From positions 90,019 through 154,018 of the IMG/VR virus record IMGVR_UViG_3300037245_001320: a stretch of DNA of 64,000 bases; one strand, written 5' to 3'. Under the pieces are notes generated by a model that saw nothing but the letters and a program-made list of their open reading frames with translations, made no database searches and was not told where the DNA came from. Of this stretch, positions 52,343-62,769 are shown piece after piece (the first letter of the stretch is position 1; the number at the start of each line of letters is the position of its first letter). The DNA is from a virus. The position numbers and the translations under genes were made by a program.

Positions 52343-52785
52343 AAACTCTCCTTAACAAGTTTAGAAGCTTTGCCCATATCAATCTGAGCAGAATGTTCTT
52401 TTTTTAAAACTCCCATAACTCTACCAATATTTCTTTGCTCGACAGGTAGATTGTTAATAACTTGCATAATAAGAAAAGCTGTTTCACTCTCACCTAAAGT
52501 CTTTGGTAGGAACTCTTCACAAATAGCTATTTCCATGTCATACTCTGTTAATTCAGGGATAGTTAAGTAAGAACCTCCATTAGCTAAAATATCTTTATGT
52601 GCTTTTAAGAGAGCTTTTACAGTTCTTTTACAAGTTAGTACAATATCAGCTTCAATAACTTCTCTATTACTTTCTTTAGCTATTTTCTTAGCTCCATCAA
52701 TGATTCCACCTAATACCTGAGATCTAAACTTATTATCAGCTCTGCATGTAATTCTTTCTCTTTGTAATTCTTTAATTGTTTTCAT
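52339..52785 (-). CDS. GatB/YqeY domain protein
   Basis: E..I.EEFLP..L.E...G.VMG.LK...DM..AS..VK. Confidence 0.75.
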   Translation of the reverse strand: MKTIKELQRERITCRADNKFRSQVLGGIIDGAKKIAKESNREVIEADIVLTCKRTVKALLKAHKDILANGGSYLTIPELTEYDMEIAICEEFLPKTLGESETAFLIMQVINNLPVEQRNIGRVMGVLKKEHSAQIDMGKASKLVKESL

Positions 52786-53177
52786 ATGTTTTCTCCTCTA
52801 ATTTCTCTTTAATAAATTTAATTAAAATAAACTTATCCTTAATAGTGTCTTTATCAATTACACTATCAAAAGTTATATTTTCCAACTCTTTTAAATGATT
52901 TACAAGATTATCTCTCTTGGCTTTATCTGATAACTTTATCTTTGAAAGCATTTTCTCAATCTTTTCTTTTATATCATCTGAATTACTCACTTATTCTCCT
53001 TTAAATCAAATCCCAGAAATGTTTATTAACTAAATCTGCATACTCTGGTTTTATGTCTTTCTGATCACTTATATTTTCAATAAAACTCTTAGGTGGTTTG
53101 TACTTTGTGTCTCTTTCATCCCATTGGAGCATTATATCTTCTGGTACTATATCCATAAACCTGACCTCGTTGTTTCT

Positions 53178-53206
53178 ATAATAATATTTTTCTTATGTTC
53201 TGTCAA
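53178..53206 (-). promoter_or_regulatory. Promoter TTGACA-17-TATTAT
   Basis: Consensus boxes. Confidence 0.6.
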
Positions 53207-53663
53207 GTGGTTTTTTAACCTTTCTTTGTATTTTGTGTGTAAGGCTAATTTGAAAGGTGTTTCTAGCAAAGATTCTACTGCTTTATTTAAGTGCTCCTCT
53301 ATAATCATCTCCAATCCCCTCCAAAATACAATAGTACAAAAGACACACCATTAAAAAGAGTATTTAACATGTCTAAGCAGATATAATCTAAATCTAATTC
53401 ATGATAACCCTTTCTGTGATTATCCCAAATAAAAACCTTCAGAATTAATAAAGTAGCAATCCCTATTACTGTAATGGTCATTACTATAATTCCTATTGAT
53501 AGAAGTATATCATAGATTACCACTCCTGTCAAGGGAAATAAAAATATAGGTAATGCAATAACTAATATAATTAGAGATACTGATAAAACCTTCCCTCTTA
53601 CTGTTAGTTGTGAATTTACTATTTTATTGTATTTTTCTTTAGTCATCTTATTTTAATCTCCTT

Positions 53664-53750
53664 TTCTGTGCTCCTGACAGGGGCTGTAAGCTATCTTTTA
53701 CTAACTCTGGTACCAATTTATATCTTTGTTATTTGGGTCGCTGTATGAGC
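53664..53750 (-). repeat. Third TACC-core element
   Basis: Reverse complement aligns with 7093-7127 (~28/35) and with 6876-6890, at identical spacings. Confidence 0.65.
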
Positions 53751-54383
53751 TTATTTGATCGGATTCCTAAAAGAAGTTACTCTATCAAATCCGTGTTTTT
53801 CTGCTCTTTCAACATCTGTTAAAGTAGTTTCTTTATCTTCATCATTGTTTAAAGAAGATATATAAGTTTGTAATTCTATCCAAATTTCCTCTGGTGTAAA
53901 TAATGAAGTTAAGGAAGTTTCTTTTAGGATAGAATTTGCGTATGAGTCTAAATTAAAGAACTCTTCTCTTACTCCTACATCTTTAATATCCTGTCCAAAC
54001 TTTCCTGTTAGATCATCTCTGTTATTTCTTCTCTCCCATCTATAAAATGTTCTAGCTTTCCTGATAGATAAAGGAGTTGAATAATAGTGTTTGTTTTCTT
54101 TATATGTTTTTACTATTTCAAAATCACAAGAGTCAAATTGTGTAAGGTTATTAGCTTCATGTGTTTTTATATTAACTGCTTTTAACAATGTCTGTATAAA
54201 CCCATATTCTATTAGTATAAAAGAGTTATTTAATACTGATCTGTGATCTACCATGTTATATAAGTCTTCGTCTGCTATTACTGTTGATCCTCTTCTATCT
54301 AGTACTACTCTCTTATCTGTTCCATACATGTTTGGGGATGATAAGTAATCGTAATAATCTTTGTTTTTATCTATTATGTACAT
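53751..54383 (-). CDS. Conserved phage hypothetical protein
   Basis: KDYYDY...DR N-terminus; HGFD..TSFR C-terminus. Confidence 0.6.
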   Translation of the reverse strand: MYIIDKNKDYYDYLSSPNMYGTDKRVVLDRRGSTVIADEDLYNMVDHRSVLNNSFILIEYGFIQTLLKAVNIKTHEANNLTQFDSCDFEIVKTYKENKHYYSTPLSIRKARTFYRWERRNNRDDLTGKFGQDIKDVGVREEFFNLDSYANSILKETSLTSLFTPEEIWIELQTYISSLNNDEDKETTLTDVERAEKHGFDRVTSFRNPIK

Positions 54384-55105
54384 TATGCTAGTTTCTCCTT
54401 TAACTCTCTTACTCTATCTAATTCTTCTTTTGTGTGAGGTGTACCACTTTGGTTAAGCTGTAAATACCATGTAAGTATTTCCTCTTCTGTTTGAAAATCT
54501 AATACATGTAATTTAAAAGAACACACTAAGTTTGGTAATCTATCAATATCATTATGATAGATAGTTTCAAATATAGGGAACTCATTCTTTAGGAAAGATA
54601 CAACAGCAGTTATTCGTTGTAAACCATCTATGCAGAACATAGTGTTCTCACCTGAGGTCTCTCTGTCCCAAGTAGGAGAATTGAAATAAATATCTTTTCC
54701 AATTTTTCCACCCTTCATAATGTGCTCTATATAAGATATTTGTTGTTCCTCAGACCACACTCTGTTTCTCTGGAAATAAGGATTAACGATTTCTTCGTAT
54801 GTTTGTCCTGTCTCATCTGCTCGATCTAAGATCCAAGGTTCTATTCTTTTCCACTCAGTATTAACTGCATATTCTCCACTAGGTGTTAAATACTTTGGTA
54901 GGTCTCCACCTGTTAATTTTCTAGTTATTGTTTCCATAATTTTACCATCTTCATCAGTAATAGTTATAGTTGTATAGGATTCGTATGGGAGGCTTACAGA
55001 TGAGGATCTTTTATAGCACTCAGAATAAGCACTGAATGTTCCTGTTTTTAATACTTTGTTTGTTTTATTGTCTGTCATTGCCCATGTATACGTTTTCTCT
55101 AGCAT
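54383..55105 (-). CDS. DUF262 (ParB-like) domain protein
   Basis: PYFQR..VW, IDGLQRIT, LN..GT. Confidence 0.8.
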   Translation of the reverse strand: MLEKTYTWAMTDNKTNKVLKTGTFSAYSECYKRSSSVSLPYESYTTITITDEDGKIMETITRKLTGGDLPKYLTPSGEYAVNTEWKRIEPWILDRADETGQTYEEIVNPYFQRNRVWSEEQQISYIEHIMKGGKIGKDIYFNSPTWDRETSGENTMFCIDGLQRITAVVSFLKNEFPIFETIYHNDIDRLPNLVCSFKLHVLDFQTEEEILTWYLQLNQSGTPHTKEELDRVRELKEKLA

Positions 55106-55408
55106 AGTTGTTGTTTCTCCTTTAATTCTTTATCACTTAACCCTCTATCATTGTAATAGGGAATAGAATCCATATTACTGTAACAATTACAGTCCTTACA
55201 TCTTTGAGTAGTGCTTCCTGTGTCTTTTCTATTTCCTTCTCTATGAATACACATCTGACAACCTAATCTATATATTTCTAAGTCTTCTTGTTTTCTCTTC
55301 CGTTTATCTGCATATAACATAAGTTCGTAGTTAGGTATTTCTGTATTCATATGGTTTCTCCTCTTGTTTATAAAGAGAATAACACAGAACATATGTCTGT
55401 GTCAAGCC

Positions 55409-56065
55409 TTATTTATATAATTCTTCTTTATAGCATCCTAATGTTGCATAGTCTTGGACTTCTAAAACTTTAAATGAAGGATCACCTGTGTAGCCTTTCT
55501 TCCAAACAAACCAGCATGTAACAAGATTTCCCACATGAAAATATCCATCATCTCTCTTAGGTGTTTGGTAATCTATCATTCTATCAAAAACGTACATGTA
55601 TTTTAGTCCATCCCATATTCTATCAGCATCTCCATATTTCTCTTTTAACTTCTTAACTCTATCCTCTGGTTTAACATTCCTACTAAACACACCTAAGAAA
55701 TTAGTTTTGCCTAACATTATAATTGTGTCAGGATCATACTCTTTAGCTTTCATAATAAAAGAATCGAATAATGAAAATGGAGGGTTAGTCAATATTGTAT
55801 CGAACGGTTTCTCTTGTTTATCTTTTAGGAAATCAAATCCTGTAGATAAATCTGTTCCAAATCCTTCTATATTATATTTAGGAAACTCTTCTAATAAAGC
55901 ATTATCTCCTGATGCACATTCCCATGTTATACCTTCTATTTTCTCATTCTCCATCAATTTCCAGAATATAGACTTTGGAGAATGATATAAATCTCCTTTT
56001 GGTCTTAAATACTCTGCTTTTCTGTTAGCATATGCTTTGCCTTTCTTTTTTGTTTCTTCTAACAT
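55409..56065 (-). CDS. N6-adenine DNA methyltransferase (NPPF)
   Basis: D.Y.SP, WECASG, DFL, TNPPF, WFVW. Confidence 0.85.
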   Translation of the reverse strand: MLEETKKKGKAYANRKAEYLRPKGDLYHSPKSIFWKLMENEKIEGITWECASGDNALLEEFPKYNIEGFGTDLSTGFDFLKDKQEKPFDTILTNPPFSLFDSFIMKAKEYDPDTIIMLGKTNFLGVFSRNVKPEDRVKKLKEKYGDADRIWDGLKYMYVFDRMIDYQTPKRDDGYFHVGNLVTCWFVWKKGYTGDPSFKVLEVQDYATLGCYKEELYK

Positions 56066-56456
56066 AATCTCTCCTTTCCTGCTCTAAATCTTGCCCACCA
56101 TGAAACTTGTGTCTTAGTATACTCTAAGTAGTCCTTGAATATTTTGTTTATGTCTTTAAACTCTTCTTCCTTAATTATTTTTAATAGGTAGAAGGTGTAT
56201 TGATCTGCATAGGTTCCTAATGTATTATCACAGTATACTCCTTCTTTATTGATGTTAATAAAGTGTAATACAGGATCATCATCTTCTATATCATACATAA
56301 CCATAGCAATAGTTGGTTCGTTAAATAACCGTGCAAAATGAACACTATTTAAATGACATCTGTAATTCATTAAATACCCTGTTCCTTTTACAGATATTAT
56401 CTCTTTAGTATTCTTTATCCATGTACATAATTCTTTCTTTCCTCTTGTGACATTAC

Positions 56457-56873
56457 TCAATATAAGACCTCCATAAAATTACCTATAATCTTCAAGCCTA
56501 GTTTCTTAGATGTTTTTAACATGTCCATTGACCCCCTTCCTCCATCGAATACAATTAATCCCTCTGCATTATTAGCCATCAAAAGGTTACGATTGTTTCC
56601 TGCACAGGCATTGTAAGCCTTGCCAAATTTATTGTATTTCACTAAACAAGGCTCTACTGTTAAATCATCCCATAAAGCAGGATAAGGATCTACAGGGACT
56701 AGGTGTTTTAGGAGTTTGTGTGCTTGGATATCTATTCCTGCTGCTTCTCCCGATACTAAGGTTGTGATAGTTCCATCTTTAACTTTACTTATTAAATAAG
56801 CTTTATCTTCTTCTGTGAGATCTGTATCTCTGCCGCCTGCTACTATTACTCTCAACCTAATACTCCTTCTCAC
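56457..56873 (-). CDS. SLOG/YspA-like protein
   Basis: VIVAGGRD, VSG.A.GID, AG..RN..MA, F.GGRG..DM. Confidence 0.75.
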   Translation of the reverse strand: MRRSIRLRVIVAGGRDTDLTEEDKAYLISKVKDGTITTLVSGEAAGIDIQAHKLLKHLVPVDPYPALWDDLTVEPCLVKYNKFGKAYNACAGNNRNLLMANNAEGLIVFDGGRGSMDMLKTSKKLGLKIIGNFMEVLY

Positions 56874-57408
56874 TAATAGTTATCCTATCTGTGTACAATG
56901 TGTTATTCTTAATTGTTTCTCTATTATGGGGACACCTAATAAGAAAACCTTTAGATTCAGGATTACTCTCTAGGAAATTAGTTATGTTCTCTAATTTATC
57001 ATCATACAACCAATCAGCTCGCAATAACCCTTTATTATTAACAAACATAATATTATCTTTTGGTATGAATGACATATGTGTCTCAAGCCATTCTAGCTTA
57101 TCTTTCATCATTACAGTGTTGTTCATTGCTGATGTACATATTACTATGTTATGTCCTGCATGGTGTAACTTTTCTGCTTCGATAGCAAAATCTGTAATTG
57201 GTCGAACTCTCTTGTAGAAATCTTTTGTTGTTAAATATTTAAAGATATATTTTTTAGCCTCGGGTTTGACAAACTTTGAGATATTAAAATCTAGTACATC
57301 CTCTGATGTTACATTATCATTAAACTCTTCATTATACGCTTCTAGCCATGGATCTATTATATTACATAAGGTGGAATCCATGTCGAAACCTATTGTTAGT
57401 TTTTTCAT
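56857..57408 (-). CDS. 5'(3')-deoxyribonucleotidase (HAD)
   Basis: DMDSTL, K.EWL..H, YDDK..N, PHN. Confidence 0.85.
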   Translation of the reverse strand: MKKLTIGFDMDSTLCNIIDPWLEAYNEEFNDNVTSEDVLDFNISKFVKPEAKKYIFKYLTTKDFYKRVRPITDFAIEAEKLHHAGHNIVICTSAMNNTVMMKDKLEWLETHMSFIPKDNIMFVNNKGLLRADWLYDDKLENITNFLESNPESKGFLIRCPHNRETIKNNTLYTDRITISEKEY

Positions 57409-57992
57409 TTAATTATTTCCCCTCTTTCTTTTATAATTTCACATATCTTCTTATGTAATTCTTCTATTGTTCCATTATTATGGATAACATAATCAACATC
57501 TAATCCCATAATCTGGTTTTCAGAAGCATGTAAATCGTTATCCACAACTGAATCCCTCTCTACTCTTACCGACACTACATTATCAAAGTTTTCTTTAATC
57601 ATCTTTGCTTCATTAGGAAATCTAAAGTCAGTTATTACATAATTATTTGGATTTTCCTTGTAGCATTCCATAAATCTTTTTATCCATAAATCTTCACCTA
57701 CGCTATCTTTGTATCCGTCATCTAGTTCACATAATGTTTCTCTCATTAGCTCTGTCCCAAACAACTGAAATATCTTTCTTGGGGACATGCCCCATCTCTC
57801 ATCAACTACTTCTTTCTTGCATCCATCTACCTGTTCATCATCTAACAAGAACACCTCTTTGCAAGCTACTTTTATTGGATCAGCAAATGCATATCTTTTA
57901 TATTCTTTGGTATTTAGTAAAGCTTTAGCTGCTTCATCCTTTCCTGATCTCTTTAATCCTGTTAATAAGACTATCTTGTTTTCTTTAATCAT
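57405..57992 (-). CDS. Deoxynucleoside monophosphate kinase
   Basis: G.KRSGKD, FADPIK, R..Q..GTE, DFRFPNE, HASE. Confidence 0.9.
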   Translation of the reverse strand: MIKENKIVLLTGLKRSGKDEAAKALLNTKEYKRYAFADPIKVACKEVFLLDDEQVDGCKKEVVDERWGMSPRKIFQLFGTELMRETLCELDDGYKDSVGEDLWIKRFMECYKENPNNYVITDFRFPNEAKMIKENFDNVVSVRVERDSVVDNDLHASENQIMGLDVDYVIHNNGTIEELHKKICEIIKERGEIIK

Positions 57993-58155
57993 TTATTTCT
58001 CCTTCTTCCATTTTTTTCACTCTGTCCTGTAAATTATCTATAGCCCAATTCATAGCCTCCATTAGTTCAGAAGCTTTTTCTAAGGCTTTTCCAGTATTCT
58101 TATCTTTTCGCTCTAGTTCTTTTATTCTTTTGTTTAATTCTCTTTTAGTTATCAT

Positions 58156-58512
58156 TTATAATTCCTCTATCTCATAACCACGAGCACTTAACATTTTAGC
58201 TAATATGTTTCTATGACAGAATTCATCAGGAGTCTCATAGCACAACAAAACAGAACCATGTTTAAATTCAATCCCATCTAATAAAGGCTCTACTTTCTTA
58301 ATGTATCTTTTTGTAAACTCTTCCTCTGTCATTTCACCTGATTTAAGTAACTTTATGTTATTCTTATCAGGAGCTATCTCAGGCATCTGTTCTACAGGAT
58401 AGAACCAGAAAGGGCTATATCTTGCTATAGATATTAGATAATCTTCTTTATCATCTAATACTATTTGCTTTACTTTAGGTGATGCAAAGTAACTTGTTCT
58501 TAGTCTTATCAC
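58156..58512 (-). CDS. DUF488-like protein
   Basis: TSYF, ISIAR..P, LLCYE..FCHR. Confidence 0.75.
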   Translation of the reverse strand: MIRLRTSYFASPKVKQIVLDDKEDYLISIARYSPFWFYPVEQMPEIAPDKNNIKLLKSGEMTEEEFTKRYIKKVEPLLDGIEFKHGSVLLCYETPDEFCHRNILAKMLSARGYEIEEL

Positions 58513-58654
58513 TTCTTATCCTCTAGGTGTATGATGATAGCATTTCCATCTTGTGAAACACTCTCTATCTCATGTCTTGATCCATCTGAGAGTTCTATCA
58601 GCATTCTGCTTCCGTCGTTTTGTTGCTTAATTCTCTCTGTTAATTCTTGTTTGT

Positions 58655-59437
58655 TCAATGTTTTTCTCCTTTTTTATTTATTCTTTCAGATGCAATATTA
58701 AAGTAATTCTCATCCAACTCTATACCTATAAAAGCTCTATTTAGATTCTTACACGCAACTCCAGTTGAACCTGATCCCATTGTGAAATCTAATACTGTAT
58801 CGCCTTCATTGGTATATGTTTTGATTAGATACTCCATTAGTGCAACTGGTTTTTGTGTTGGGTGTACTGCTGATTTCTGCTTGTCTGTCTTAAACTTTAA
58901 TACTGTTCTAGGGTATCTTTCTGTAGAATCATACCCTGTTAAACCATGTTCACCATAAACATCTGTCTTAACGCTATTTCTTTTATGTTCTGCTGTACTT
59001 ACTTTTCTTTCATGCCCTGTAGTTTTTTGAGGATTATATAAACAAGGCTTTTTATAAAATACACTAATTATTTCATTTGCTTTCATAGGCATTTTCTTAG
59101 CATTTAAATGTCCTGTAGCTGTGGTCTTTTCCCAAATCCAATCATACTTAAACTCTTTTAGGTTGCTCATTCGTAAATTACTGGAGAAGGGTTCTGATCC
59201 AAATAATACAATAGGAGTTGTATCTTTTCTTATTTTCCTTAATTTATCCCATAAACCCTCGATGCAAAGTTCTTTAAACTCATCTCTGATTAGTTCATAT
59301 GAATCGTAACTTGTTGAGAGTCGGTGAAGGATATACTCATTTTCATACATTACAACTTCTTTTTTTCCTTTTAATACTTTTATATACTTATTGAAAGGAA
59401 TGATTGAATCCCATTTACAGGCTGTTGTTCCAGTCAT
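58655..59437 (-). CDS. Beta-class DNA methyltransferase, C-terminal part
   Basis: GTTACKWD, HPTQKPV.L, DFTMGSGSTG, GIE.D. Confidence 0.85.
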   Translation of the reverse strand: MTGTTACKWDSIIPFNKYIKVLKGKKEVVMYENEYILHRLSTSYDSYELIRDEFKELCIEGLWDKLRKIRKDTTPIVLFGSEPFSSNLRMSNLKEFKYDWIWEKTTATGHLNAKKMPMKANEIISVFYKKPCLYNPQKTTGHERKVSTAEHKRNSVKTDVYGEHGLTGYDSTERYPRTVLKFKTDKQKSAVHPTQKPVALMEYLIKTYTNEGDTVLDFTMGSGSTGVACKNLNRAFIGIELDENYFNIASERINKKGEKH

Positions 59438-59580
59438 CCGTATGGAGGATCACAAATAATAGAATCAACCTTGATGTTGTTAGAAATTAAATAATCCATA
59501 ACTTCTAAGCATTCATCATTGTATAGCTCTGCTTTGCAGTCTCCATACGAAATAACCTCCTTTTTATAGTCTTTATTCAT
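59434..59580 (-). CDS. Beta-class DNA methyltransferase, N-terminal part (48 aa, ends DPPYG)
   Basis: LYNDECLEVM...VDSIICDPPYG*; its stop overlaps the ATG of the C-terminal part. Confidence 0.8.
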   Translation of the reverse strand: MNKDYKKEVISYGDCKAELYNDECLEVMDYLISNNIKVDSIICDPPYG

Positions 59581-60154
59581 TTACAAAATACTCCTTTATG
59601 TTTAATTTTAGGTTATGCCACTCATCTTGTGTCATATCATTCTTACAGCGATTCTCAAACCAAGACAAAAATTGTAAATTATTCAAGTCATTGTTTCCAC
59701 CTTTTGCCTTTGAAACTACATGGTCTATTGAGGGCTTTTTATATGCTTCAAAACCACTTACACACCATTTCTGATATACTGAATTAAATTGTTTTTGATT
59801 ATAGAACTTAGTTAAGTAGTCCTTGTACCACTCAGTGGTAACTTCCCATCTTCCACTTCTATTTGTAATAGCTTCATTTAAAAGTTTTAGCTTATTAAAA
59901 TCTTTAAATTGCATAAGATACCCAAAGCTCACATCAAATCTTAAATGAGTAGCCATGTTATTATAACGTCTTTCAGTGACACAATCAAACTTTTTCTTGC
60001 CTCTTAAATTTTTAGGTTTTCTAGTTTGTATATTTTCCCCTTTCAGTACTCTTGCTATAAGTTTATGATTAGTGCTGAACTTTAAAGCTATTTGCCTCAT
60101 TGACTTGCCCTTTTTATACATTTTACAAACTTCTTCTTTATTTATATTGCTCAA
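59573..60154 (-). CDS. HTH plus HNH endonuclease
   Basis: N-terminal HTH; PSIDHV...GG.N...NLQ...N..K. Confidence 0.8.
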   Translation of the reverse strand: MSNINKEEVCKMYKKGKSMRQIALKFSTNHKLIARVLKGENIQTRKPKNLRGKKKFDCVTERRYNNMATHLRFDVSFGYLMQFKDFNKLKLLNEAITNRSGRWEVTTEWYKDYLTKFYNQKQFNSVYQKWCVSGFEAYKKPSIDHVVSKAKGGNNDLNNLQFLSWFENRCKNDMTQDEWHNLKLNIKEYFVNE

Positions 60155-60174
60155 ATCTGTTTATTCCTTAAAGA

Positions 60175-60325
60175 TGTATAAGAAAGACTTTAGTTTTAGT
60201 GGGTTAGTCCGTTTTCCAAGATCAGCTACTAAATCTTTTCAACTCCCACTAAAACTAAAGTCTCTATATACCTTCAGTTATTTACGATTATTGTAGCTTT
60301 TTTCTTTATCAAAGAAGGACTAGTT
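60175..60325 (-). promoter_or_regulatory. Structured leader with a perfect 19-bp stem and two-box loop pairing
   Basis: Stem 60185-60203/60245-60263; loop boxes complementary to 60293-60298 and 60317-60322. Confidence 0.65.
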
Positions 60326-60341
60326 CTTTTACTCTATCTCT

Positions 60342-60418
60342 ATTATAGCATAGTGGGAATTTTTTTGATACTTCGTTGGAGTTTTAAGAAATTCAACGGT
60401 TTTTGCCATGAATAAGTG
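60342..60418 (-). promoter_or_regulatory. CCCACTATG promoter (one mismatch) plus 24-bp conserved box
   Basis: Same layout as 42917-42993. Confidence 0.75.
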
Positions 60419-60424
60419 GACTTT

Positions 60425-61960
60425 TTAGTAATAAGCATCATACCCATGGTTTACTTCATCTCGCCATTCCTGTCCTGTATTGGGTTTCCACAATCTTATA
60501 TCTTCTTCAACATCAGGAATATGATCCCATGAATCAGAAGACCACCGTGCATCAAGATTGAATAACCCTATTCCATTATTGCTCAGAGTAATTAGTGCAC
60601 GGGAAGCATCGTAAGGAATCTCCCTATGAAAAGAAACATATTGTCTGTATACCCCTAAATTTTTCTCATTCGGTGTTTGCTCAAGTTTTATTATAAAATT
60701 GGCATCTTGCTCCTTGGAAATACTGGATGCGAGTACATTCTCCCTTGAGAGCTGCGAAGCTGTATGGGTATGTAAGTGTCTGTCTTGACTCATTTTCTTC
60801 AAAGATTTCCACTGATTACCTATTCTTATCCTCTCATCAGCCCTCTCATCTCCCTTGTTGGCCTTTAACAAATCAGCGTAGTCTATAATTACACATTTTA
60901 TATCTACTCCATCATTTGCTCTTATCTGGTCTAGGTGTGGGATGAGGTCATCTTCTATAGAACAACTCATTTGGGACCATTCTTTACAGTATAACTTTGC
61001 TGTTGGGTTAAACATTCCAAAAGCTTTCCATTTCTCCTCTAATTCCTCAGGTGTTTTTGGGTCTTTTTGTAATTTTTTAAATACTATCTCTGTTCCTTCT
61101 CCCTTGCCTTTAAACATGGGAACGACCCCTGATCCTCCGTCTACATATTCTCTCAATATTTCTGCATCTATTAATGATAGAAATGCGTCCTCTGACATCT
61201 CAAGTGAGGCTATGAACACAGTTAGACCGTTTCTTAGGGCTTGACAAGCAAACCATGCAAGCTCTCGGGTCTTCCCAACCTTAGCCCTGGCTGAGCTGGC
61301 AGAAAGATGGCGCTCACATATTGGCCCATATAGCTCTGAAAAAGGGTACGACATTTCAAAGAGCACATCATCCCTATCTTTTGTTCGTCTAAACCTAGAG
61401 AAATCTTTCATGCCATCTACGGGTGCTCCAGGGGCTTGTCTTATCTGGGCATAATTTGCTATTGTTGCTTTAGCCTTAGTAGTGTTCCCTGTTAGCATAT
61501 TCTTCTCTACAGAATTAACTAATTTTTTAACTCCTTGTTTATCTAAATACTCTTCCGCTATATCTAGTTCAAATTTAACATTTATATCCCCTTCTCCATC
61601 TGCATACTGTTGGCTTATTGAGGATAAAAAGTCATTAATATCTTTCGATGTTGTGACATTTAGTTTACTTCTAGCACTTTCGTAAACACCTATAACATCT
61701 TTTTTCATGGCTGTTCCATAGGCTTCGTAAAATGTTTTGTTCCATTGTAAGATAGTTCTACAGACAACACTTTCTATAAGACTCATATCTGCTAACAAAG
61801 GTTTTACACCCTTAATGAACTCAGTACTCATGATGCTGTTTATACACATCTTCCTCTCAATACTCACGTCCCCCACCGATTTCGTCTCCTCAACTAAATC
61901 TTCTATATTAAACTCTGGTTCTTCTATGTTGCTCAAATGTTTATCTCCTTCTCTTACCAT
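60425..61960 (-). CDS. dnaB: DnaB-like replicative helicase
   Basis: ARAKVGKT, SLEMS, IIDYADL, TASQ..R. Confidence 0.85.
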   Translation of the reverse strand: MVREGDKHLSNIEEPEFNIEDLVEETKSVGDVSIERKMCINSIMSTEFIKGVKPLLADMSLIESVVCRTILQWNKTFYEAYGTAMKKDVIGVYESARSKLNVTTSKDINDFLSSISQQYADGEGDINVKFELDIAEEYLDKQGVKKLVNSVEKNMLTGNTTKAKATIANYAQIRQAPGAPVDGMKDFSRFRRTKDRDDVLFEMSYPFSELYGPICERHLSASSARAKVGKTRELAWFACQALRNGLTVFIASLEMSEDAFLSLIDAEILREYVDGGSGVVPMFKGKGEGTEIVFKKLQKDPKTPEELEEKWKAFGMFNPTAKLYCKEWSQMSCSIEDDLIPHLDQIRANDGVDIKCVIIDYADLLKANKGDERADERIRIGNQWKSLKKMSQDRHLHTHTASQLSRENVLASSISKEQDANFIIKLEQTPNEKNLGVYRQYVSFHREIPYDASRALITLSNNGIGLFNLDARWSSDSWDHIPDVEEDIRLWKPNTGQEWRDEVNHGYDAYY

Positions 61961-62310
61961 GATAAATAGTGTGTAATATTGTTACATAATCCCCTACATC
62001 AGGATCGTTAGCTATTTCTACAATAAACCCTATTATGTCCTCTGCCACATAGTACTCTATCTTCTTCTTTAAATACAATCTAGTTGTTTGGTACATTTCT
62101 ACCCTTCGGGATTTCTTAATCCATGTTACTGTGTATGTGTGTAATTTCATCATATCTCCTTCTCATACTCATCTAATCTATTTATTGCTTCCTTGTTAGT
62201 TTTATAATAAACAACTGCAAATCCCCATGTAGTATATTCACAGTTCTGCCAAAACAAGTTTTTCTTCTGTATGTGATATCCTTTTGAGGATTGTTTAATT
62301 CTGTATTGTA

Positions 62311-62769
62311 TCATCTAAACTCCACCGCTGTTATATTCAAATTAGGTGTTACTCGTTCTATAATACCTTTAATCTTTTCCCAATCTCCACCTGCATATCC
62401 TGAACCAATAAAAGGAATTCCCATCTTAGTTTGAGATAAAGTATCCCACTCATTTAATCTAGTGAACACTTTCTCTATTGCATCATAATCTACAGAAGAC
62501 TTTCCACCATACCTGTACTGAGTATAAGCATTGATAATAATTTGAGAATATTCTCTCTCGTATAAAATAACATGAGAACAATTACCTAATTTATTAATAT
62601 CACCCTTCTTGGTTTTCAAATCTGCTTTATATGCCTCTGGATATTGTTCTTTTATTTGTTTTGCTATTCCTGCTCCCATTGTATTAAAACAGTTACACCC
62701 ATGTATAATTGTATCAAATTGTTTTAATCTAAAATATTCTAGTAGGTTTCCTCTTATTGTTTCCATCAC
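62311..62769 (-). CDS. Macrodomain (ADP-ribose hydrolase-like) protein
   Basis: GNL, HGCNCF.TMGAGIA, NAYTQ, P.IGSG.AGGDW. Confidence 0.9.
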   Translation of the reverse strand: MMETIRGNLLEYFRLKQFDTIIHGCNCFNTMGAGIAKQIKEQYPEAYKADLKTKKGDINKLGNCSHVILYEREYSQIIINAYTQYRYGGKSSVDYDAIEKVFTRLNEWDTLSQTKMGIPFIGSGYAGGDWEKIKGIIERVTPNLNITAVEFR

